This document shows, piece after piece, positions 6,343-10,827 of a DNA stretch of 10,827 bases. A program made the position numbers and the translations under genes. The notes beneath the pieces are model-generated. The model was given only the letters and a program-made list of their open reading frames with translations, had not been told where the DNA came from and searched no databases. Origin of the DNA: Nitrososphaerota archaeon (GTDB taxonomy: Archaea; Thermoproteota; Nitrososphaeria; Nitrososphaerales; UBA57); contig JACAFS010000034.1 in NCBI GenBank assembly GCA_013378385.1, forward strand, positions 1 to 10,827, given 5' to 3'. Numbering within the stretch: the stretch's first letter is position 1; every line of letters begins with the position of its first letter.

Positions 6343-8688
6343 TTAATTAGAACGATTTTTTCTAACGACATACATAGAGAAGGCAATTGCAATCACAGCA
6401 ATTCCCAATGAAACTATGGAAAGAATGTTTGGATTTGTTTGAGATGTCTGTGTATTTTCTTCAGAACCGTCAGCTAGAGTATATGCTTGTAATATTCCTG
6501 TAGTTCTTTGGCCGAATTCACCTGCGCCACCGCTAGTTATGAAAAGTGTAGCTTGTCCATACGCATTGGAACCTATTGAGACTCCAGCGCCACCTAATCC
6601 GCCAGTAGTAAATATTCTAAGTAATTCTCCTGTCTCTTCGTCGACTGCATGAATCTTTCCGAGTCGATCAGGCACAAAGACTATTCCTCCACTTGTCGTA
6701 ACTGCACCGTATTGGTTTCGATTTTCCATTTCGTAAACCCATTTTACTCGTCCGTTGGATGCGTCGATAGCATATAATGAAGCGTTGCCAACGTGGAATG
6801 AATCAAAATACATTGGTCCAGCAACGTGATGGAATATATCAGCTTCTCCATCTTTGTATGGAGCTCCTTCTTCCTCTATGTAAGAAGTACAGAAGGTTTG
6901 TGTTACAACGTAAATCGTATTATGTGCAAATGCAGGGGCTGCATCAATGCCTCCTTGGAATCCAGGACATACTGGTTTACGAATTAGATTATCTTGAGAA
7001 AGTTCCATGTCGGCGTTGTTTCCCATATCGGCCTGTTGTGTGTTAATTGCAGGAGGGCCTACCCGAATGGATTCGTAGATAGGTTTTCCTGTAGCTGCAT
7101 CAAGAACATGAACGAGGTTTGTCTTTGAGCCGACAATTACTGCTTTTTGTGTGCTATCGCCTGATTCAATTTCGGCAAGGATTGTAGACCAACGAGATTC
7201 GTGATAATAGATATCATGAGTTACAATTTGATAGTACCAGTTCATTTCACCGGTATTTGCGTTTAAGGATACAACAGATGAAGTGAAGAGATTTGGTCCG
7301 GGTCGCATGTCGCCAGGAACGTCAGGTGTAGGAGCATTTGTTGTAAAGAATATGTCGCCCGTATCTTCGTCCAAGGCAATAAGAGTCCATACACTGCCTC
7401 CTCCGATCCAATTACAATCGTGAAGTCCTTCCTTGTGTTCGTCGTGTCCTTCGTGTCCTTCTCCGTGTTCTTCAGCTTCATGTTCTTCGAATTCCTCGAT
7501 GCCAGATTCTATATCAGTAAGAATTGCAAGTAATTCATCAGTACTGGATATAGGACTAAGCATATCCTCTAGTTCGTGGACATGTTCTTCGACCTCATGC
7601 ATAATTTCAGTTAGATCATTTCCGTGAGGATGTTCAATTTCGTGTGTAACTTCGTCTACATGGTTTTCTATTTCAGAAACGATGCTCAAGATTTCGACAG
7701 CCATTCCCATATTCAGAGGAAGTCTAGAAGCTTTTTCCTCGAATTCATGAACGTTTGTTGCGATTTCAGCCATGATTGCAAGTAATTCTGCGGAATGTTC
7801 TTCTTCGTGTTCTTCTTCTGCTACTTTTTCACATTTTCCCCAATCCCAAGGATAATTGTCAAGGTTGCCTTTAGAAACTAAATCAGCTGCCCAGTCCTCT
7901 TCATTGCCTGTGGGTGGAATTGTTTCCCATCTCCAGACAAGTTCTCCGGTATCTTTATCATAAGCAGAAATGAATCCACGTTCTCCCGTGAAGCCTCCGC
8001 CTCCAGTAGGTCGTGTAATGAGAAGATTATTGTATTCAATTGGAGCAAAACTTGCCCAATATATTCCTGTGTTCCCTGGAATGTCTTTACATGTATCAGG
8101 AATGGTAACCAATACTTCACCAGTCATTGGCTCTAATCCGTATATTGTACAATCACTAGCTTGCATCCAAACTTTTTCATCAAAGTAATCTATGCCATGT
8201 TGGGCATACACTTTTGCCCACCAATTCTTTTCGTCGAATGAACCAATTGGTGCAGCAAAACGCCAAAGTAGTTGGCTGCTTTCTGCATTTAGTGCATAAA
8301 GCACATTGAATTCACTAGCAATGTAAACAATTCCGTTTACAACAAGTGGAACTGTTTGCACACCAGTAGGTACATGTGGCACCTCAAAATTAAAACCTCC
8401 TTCTCCATGTTCATGGCCGTCGCCTCCTACAGAAATAACTTCTCCAGGTACTCCGCCTCCGCTTCCCCAATAGCCAGGGACTTGAAAGATCCAGCGTAAT
8501 TCTAAATCGTCAATGTTGTCTTTGTTGATTTGTGTCTGTGGACTAAATCCTGTATTGGTTCGGTCGAATGCAGGGTGTTCCCAATTCAGACCTTCCATTT
8601 GTGCAGTAACCTGAAATATCGAAGACGGAATAAGCAATAAAAATATGAATAAGGTAGAAACTGTATAGATAATGTTATTATTTTTCAT
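6343..8688 (-). CDS. Membrane-anchored quinoprotein (methanol/ethanol dehydrogenase family, PQQ-like) 8-bladed beta-propeller carrying two His/Glu-rich insertions
   Basis: 781 aa. It has an N-terminal signal/TM segment (IIYTVSTLFIFLLLIPSSIFQVTAQ). MDH/ADH-family motifs seen by eye include NWEHPAFDRTNTGFSPQTQINKDNIDDLELRWIF, PLVVNGIVYIAS, AYDKDTGELVWRW and IGGGSVWTLIALDEDTGDIFFTTNAPTPD...MRPGPNLF...LNANTGEMNWYYQIVTHD. The C-terminal TM is ILSIVSLGIAVIAIAFSMYVV with tail RKNRSN. It is a clear paralog of the upstream 596-aa gene. Confidence 0.8.
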   Translation of the reverse strand: MKNNNIIYTVSTLFIFLLLIPSSIFQVTAQMEGLNWEHPAFDRTNTGFSPQTQINKDNIDDLELRWIFQVPGYWGSGGGVPGEVISVGGDGHEHGEGGFNFEVPHVPTGVQTVPLVVNGIVYIASEFNVLYALNAESSQLLWRFAAPIGSFDEKNWWAKVYAQHGIDYFDEKVWMQASDCTIYGLEPMTGEVLVTIPDTCKDIPGNTGIYWASFAPIEYNNLLITRPTGGGGFTGERGFISAYDKDTGELVWRWETIPPTGNEEDWAADLVSKGNLDNYPWDWGKCEKVAEEEHEEEHSAELLAIMAEIATNVHEFEEKASRLPLNMGMAVEILSIVSEIENHVDEVTHEIEHPHGNDLTEIMHEVEEHVHELEDMLSPISSTDELLAILTDIESGIEEFEEHEAEEHGEGHEGHDEHKEGLHDCNWIGGGSVWTLIALDEDTGDIFFTTNAPTPDVPGDMRPGPNLFTSSVVSLNANTGEMNWYYQIVTHDIYYHESRWSTILAEIESGDSTQKAVIVGSKTNLVHVLDAATGKPIYESIRVGPPAINTQQADMGNNADMELSQDNLIRKPVCPGFQGGIDAAPAFAHNTIYVVTQTFCTSYIEEEGAPYKDGEADIFHHVAGPMYFDSFHVGNASLYAIDASNGRVKWVYEMENRNQYGAVTTSGGIVFVPDRLGKIHAVDEETGELLRIFTTGGLGGAGVSIGSNAYGQATLFITSGGAGEFGQRTTGILQAYTLADGSEENTQTSQTNPNILSIVSLGIAVIAIAFSMYVVRKNRSN
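7414..7833 (-). other. Inserted His/Glu-rich helical module (res 286-425) bracketed by Cys286 and Cys425
   Basis: The paralog reads PGDWGENDLIGGGS where this protein reads PWDWGK-C[138 aa]C-NWIGGGS. By my count the insert holds about 16 His, 37 Glu, 7 Asp and only 4 Lys/Arg. It has an internal duplication (see findings). Confidence 0.8.
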
Positions 8689-8708
8689 TGAAATATTAAT
8701 AACTTAAT

Positions 8709-8718
8709 AATATATTAA
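8709..8718 (-). promoter_or_regulatory. TATA-like box of the 781-aa propeller gene
   Basis: An AT palindrome AATATATT/TTAATATA spans about -21 to -30 relative to the ATG at 8688, inside the 56-nt gap after the upstream paralog. Confidence 0.45.
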
Positions 8719-8744
8719 TATGATTTTTCTATCAGAAATAATGC

Positions 8745-10535
8745 CTAATTTTTCCTGTAGAATCTCAAGAATGCCAAATACAGTATTCCTACTATCGATG
8801 TAAGAGCTAGCGAACCAATTATACCACGTCGAGAAATGCCATCGTTGTCAGCAGTAGATTCTTCAGGTAGGCCTAATGCAGTTATAATACCTGATTTGCT
8901 TCCACCCGTTGCAACGAATAAACGCATATCACCATTGGCATCGGATGCAATTGTTACGCCAGTATTTCCTGCGCCATTCATAGGAATTTTTTTCAACACA
9001 TCGCCAGTTTCTGAATCAAGAGCGTAAAAGTTTCCAGATATGTCGACAAGATAAACGACTCCGCCACTTACAGTAATACCACCTTGATACCTGGACTCGA
9101 TTGGAAATGTCCATTTAATTTGGCCGGTGGAAACATCGATTGCATGAACTGTAGAGCTCTGTCCTGCCAATGAAGGTTCTATTCGAAAGCCATTAATCAG
9201 TTTTTCTTTGTAAGGAATCTGTCCTGCATTGAATTTCGAACAATAGTTTTGGCTTGCAACAAAGAAAGTGTCATCAGCGAATGCCGAAGTGCTGGCGGCT
9301 CCGCCGAAAGCTCCTGGACAGTATTCATTTCCCTCCAGAACATCCTGAGATAGATTCATGTCGGCATTGTTTCCTTGGTTGGTGTTGTATGCACTGATTT
9401 TTTGTGCGCCGAAACTTATAGGATTGTGTAGAAGTTCCCCTGTTGCGGCGTCTAAAACATATGCATAATCTCCTTTTGTGGATGCGAGTATTACTTTTCT
9501 TTCTTCTCCGTTTATTGTAGCATTAGCAAGAATCAATGAACGTGCTGGTTCATGACCGTTAATGTCATGAGGAGTTGTTTGATGGTACCAAATCATTTTA
9601 CCAGTATTCGCATCAAGAGCGACAATTGAATTAGAGTAGAGATTTGGACCTGGTCGAAGTGATGCATCATAAGCTAATGCAGGAGCGCCAGTTGGGAAAT
9701 AAATTATCCCAGTAGATTCGTCCACTGCTACCAAGGAGAATATCGAGCCTCCGCCAATGAGATCGTTCTCTCCCCAATCTCCCGGATACGGATTTATGTT
9801 TCCTTTTGCGGCATCCTTAAAATCCCATTCTGGATCTCCGCCACTTGGCGGGACAGAGAACCATTGCCACAAGAGTCTGCCATTAAACTCGTCATAACCA
9901 GCAATGAAACTTCTTCCGCCTCCTCCGCCTGCTGATACTCTGCTAATTATTATAGTCTCGAAAAATGTTGGAGAGTAATGCCCTACATACTTTCCTGAAT
10001 TACCTGGAACGTCGCTACATGTATTCAGTATCTCGTTTTTTACTTCGCCAGTGAATGGATCAAACGCAAAGATATGGCAGTCGTTTGTCTGCATCCACAA
10101 TAAATCATGGAAGAAACTGATAGAATGTTGCGCCTCCAGCATTGACCAGTCTTCAGAAAGTACAAGTTCGACAGGATCGTATTGGAATGTCCAGAGTTCT
10201 TCGCCGTTTAGTGTGTTAAGAGCTGTAAGTTTATTCGATTCAGTAACAAAATACAAGAGTCCGTATACAGCGATTGGTGGGGCATGTGTACCGAATGCCA
10301 TACGCGCTCCAGGGATTGGAGCTGGTCTTTCGGGTGATTGATAGATCCATTTCAGTTCTATATTTTGAACATTTTCCCGAGTTATAATTTGTTGAGGGTT
10401 GTGTGCAGAATTAAAAATATCAAAAGCAGGTTGTGTCCAGTTAATACCTTCAGGGGATTGTGAAATAGATTGAGGAATAAAGGTAAGCAAAAGAAGCGTC
10501 AACAGAATAGTGATAAATTTCATATTTTTTATCAT
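8745..10535 (-). CDS. Membrane-anchored quinoprotein (PQQ-like) 8-bladed beta-propeller, paralog without the insertions
   Basis: 596 aa. The signal peptide is MIKNMKFITILLTLLLLTFIPQSISQ. It shares the family motifs of the 781-aa protein: INWTQPAFD...ELKWIYQ, AGYDEFNGRLLWQW, IGGGSIFSLVAVDESTGIIYFPTGAP...LRPGPNLY...LDANTGKMIWYHQTTPHD, and NQGNNADMNLSQD...CPGAFGG. The C-terminal TM is IIGSLALTSIVGILYLAFL with tail RFYRKN. Confidence 0.8.
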   Translation of the reverse strand: MIKNMKFITILLTLLLLTFIPQSISQSPEGINWTQPAFDIFNSAHNPQQIITRENVQNIELKWIYQSPERPAPIPGARMAFGTHAPPIAVYGLLYFVTESNKLTALNTLNGEELWTFQYDPVELVLSEDWSMLEAQHSISFFHDLLWMQTNDCHIFAFDPFTGEVKNEILNTCSDVPGNSGKYVGHYSPTFFETIIISRVSAGGGGGRSFIAGYDEFNGRLLWQWFSVPPSGGDPEWDFKDAAKGNINPYPGDWGENDLIGGGSIFSLVAVDESTGIIYFPTGAPALAYDASLRPGPNLYSNSIVALDANTGKMIWYHQTTPHDINGHEPARSLILANATINGEERKVILASTKGDYAYVLDAATGELLHNPISFGAQKISAYNTNQGNNADMNLSQDVLEGNEYCPGAFGGAASTSAFADDTFFVASQNYCSKFNAGQIPYKEKLINGFRIEPSLAGQSSTVHAIDVSTGQIKWTFPIESRYQGGITVSGGVVYLVDISGNFYALDSETGDVLKKIPMNGAGNTGVTIASDANGDMRLFVATGGSKSGIITALGLPEESTADNDGISRRGIIGSLALTSIVGILYLAFLRFYRKN

Positions 10536-10546
10536 ATCTTTATATT

Positions 10547-10827
10547 ATGACCAGCAATAATAGTTTTGTGCGAAATTATATTATCATAGGCGTCGTTATT
10601 TTAGCTGCCATAGGTATTGGCTATATTTTGATTGGGAATGTAAACAGTCCTGAACAAAATATAAGCAGACCGGTAGTGGAAAAAGGATTCTTCAATGTAG
10701 AATCTGAACAAGAGATTGTACAGACGATGTTTGGTGAAAAAGTTGAAGCAAGATTTGTGCTTTCTTCAGAACTCGGTTTTGAATCAGATGTTAACTTCGT
10801 AATCAAGACTCCGTTGATTGGAGTGAA
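10547..10827 (+). CDS. Hypothetical protein with N-terminal signal anchor (5' part only; runs off the right edge)
   Basis: Absent from the ORF track because it is edge-truncated. The frame from the ATG at 10547 stays open to the window end: MTSNNSFVRNYIIIGVVILAAIGIGYILIGNVNSPEQNISRPVVEKGFFNVESEQEIVQTMFGEKVEARFVLSSELGFESDVNFVIKTPLIGV. It has one N-terminal TM helix followed by a soluble, acidic region. I recognise no family. Confidence 0.55.
   Translation, partial: MTSNNSFVRNYIIIGVVILAAIGIGYILIGNVNSPEQNISRPVVEKGFFNVESEQEIVQTMFGEKVEARFVLSSELGFESDVNFVIKTPLIGV

Noticed and set aside
7433-7627. Cys/Ser-rich 64-aa ORF on the + strand (MCSSCPSCPSPCSSASCSS...) that looks like a metallothionein or a lanthipeptide-like precursor.
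   Set aside because: It is the antisense mirror of the GAA/GAG/CAC-rich coding sequence of the His/Glu insert (TTC/CTC/GTG read in another frame). It lies wholly inside a well-supported gene and has no promoter or context of its own.
7414-7833. Intein-like boundaries of the His/Glu-rich insert. It begins with Cys (C286) and ends ...GLHD followed by Cys (C425). It is mini-intein sized at 139 aa, and excising it would restore exactly the paralog's loop length, at a conserved site.
   Set aside because: The sequence is strongly acidic and helical, with Pro/Gly-separated amphipathic helices. It lacks the hydrophobic beta-strand blocks of a HINT domain: no block A CLxxDT-like start, no convincing block B TxxH in context, and no block F. 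The terminal residue is Asp rather than Asn, and the host is a secreted protein. A folded inserted domain is the more likely explanation. An HMM search against intein blocks and a mass check of the mature protein would settle it.
4904-10535. Archaeosortase-type C-terminal sorting signals (PGF-CTERM or PEFG-CTERM) on the three propeller proteins.
   Set aside because: Each C-terminus has a TM helix plus a basic tail, but no PGF or PEFG tripeptide or Thr/Ser-rich linker precedes the helix (...TNPNILSIVSLG..., ...SRRGIIGSLAL..., ...GLTDPIFLIGTS...). They look like plain tail anchors.
6343-10535. Calling the two large propellers functional PQQ-dependent alcohol or methanol dehydrogenases, or linking them to hydroxylamine or nitrogen oxidation.
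   Set aside because: Only the fold family is supported. Key catalytic residues appear substituted in my by-eye alignment, and the window holds no pqq genes and no electron acceptor (cytochrome or cupredoxin). Any specific substrate claim would be speculation.
517-10806. Other short ORFs in the track: 517-753(+), 1303-1509(-), 1557-1811(-), 2556-2780(+), 5118-5444(+), 5454-5717(+), 5477-5812(+), 5948-6151(+), 6777-7046(+), 7263-7481(-), 7878-8120(-), 7970-8188(+), 8836-9027(+), 10051-10341(+), 10621-10806(-).
   Set aside because: All are nested inside, or antisense to, long ORFs with recognisable family motifs. Their translations are low-complexity or lack motifs, and none has its own intergenic space or TATA-like box. 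I treat them as frame shadows.
1-10827. Defence island, mobile element or prophage content.
   Set aside because: I recognised no nuclease, helicase, ATPase, methyltransferase, toxin-antitoxin, integrase or transposase signatures, no flanking inverted or direct repeats, and no tRNA. The gene content is transport, regulation and extracytoplasmic propellers.

Overview
AT-rich window, almost fully coding. It holds 11 protein genes, two of them cut by the window edges and so absent from the ORF track. I saw no rRNA, tRNA, CRISPR array, transposase, integrase or terminal repeats.

TATA-like boxes sit about 23-30 nt upstream of most start codons, there are no obvious Shine-Dalgarno sequences, and the gaps between genes are tiny. 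Together with the gene content (AbrB-PhoU regulator, DUF47+PiT pair, FTR1, membrane-anchored quinoprotein-like propellers), this suggests an archaeal chromosome, probably Nitrosopumilales-like. That taxonomic call is inference only.

The genes fall into three blocks:
- 1-2490, phosphate/arsenate module: PiT transporter (partial), DUF47/PhoU-like accessory protein, divergent AbrB-PhoU regulator, and a convergent thioredoxin-type ArsC/LMW-PTP.
- 2531-4915, iron-related module: an FTR1 permease followed by an orphan 6-TM protein, transcribed divergently from a regulator that fuses an HTH to a rubrerythrin-like four-helix domain.
- 4904-10535, a minus-strand cluster of three proteins, each with a signal peptide, a beta-propeller and a C-terminal TM anchor. 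Two are paralogous methanol/ethanol-dehydrogenase-family (PQQ-like) 8-bladed propellers. The third is a 7-bladed streptogramin-lyase (Vgb)-like propeller.

The most unusual object is a cleanly inserted 139-residue His/Glu-rich helical module (7414-7833), bracketed by cysteines, inside one PQQ-like propeller. It is absent from the adjacent paralog. Its gene and FTR1 carry the same GTTATTAA box at the same promoter-proximal position. I propose, as inference, that FTR1, the HTH-erythrin regulator and the propeller cluster form an undescribed extracytoplasmic metal (iron?) handling or redox system.
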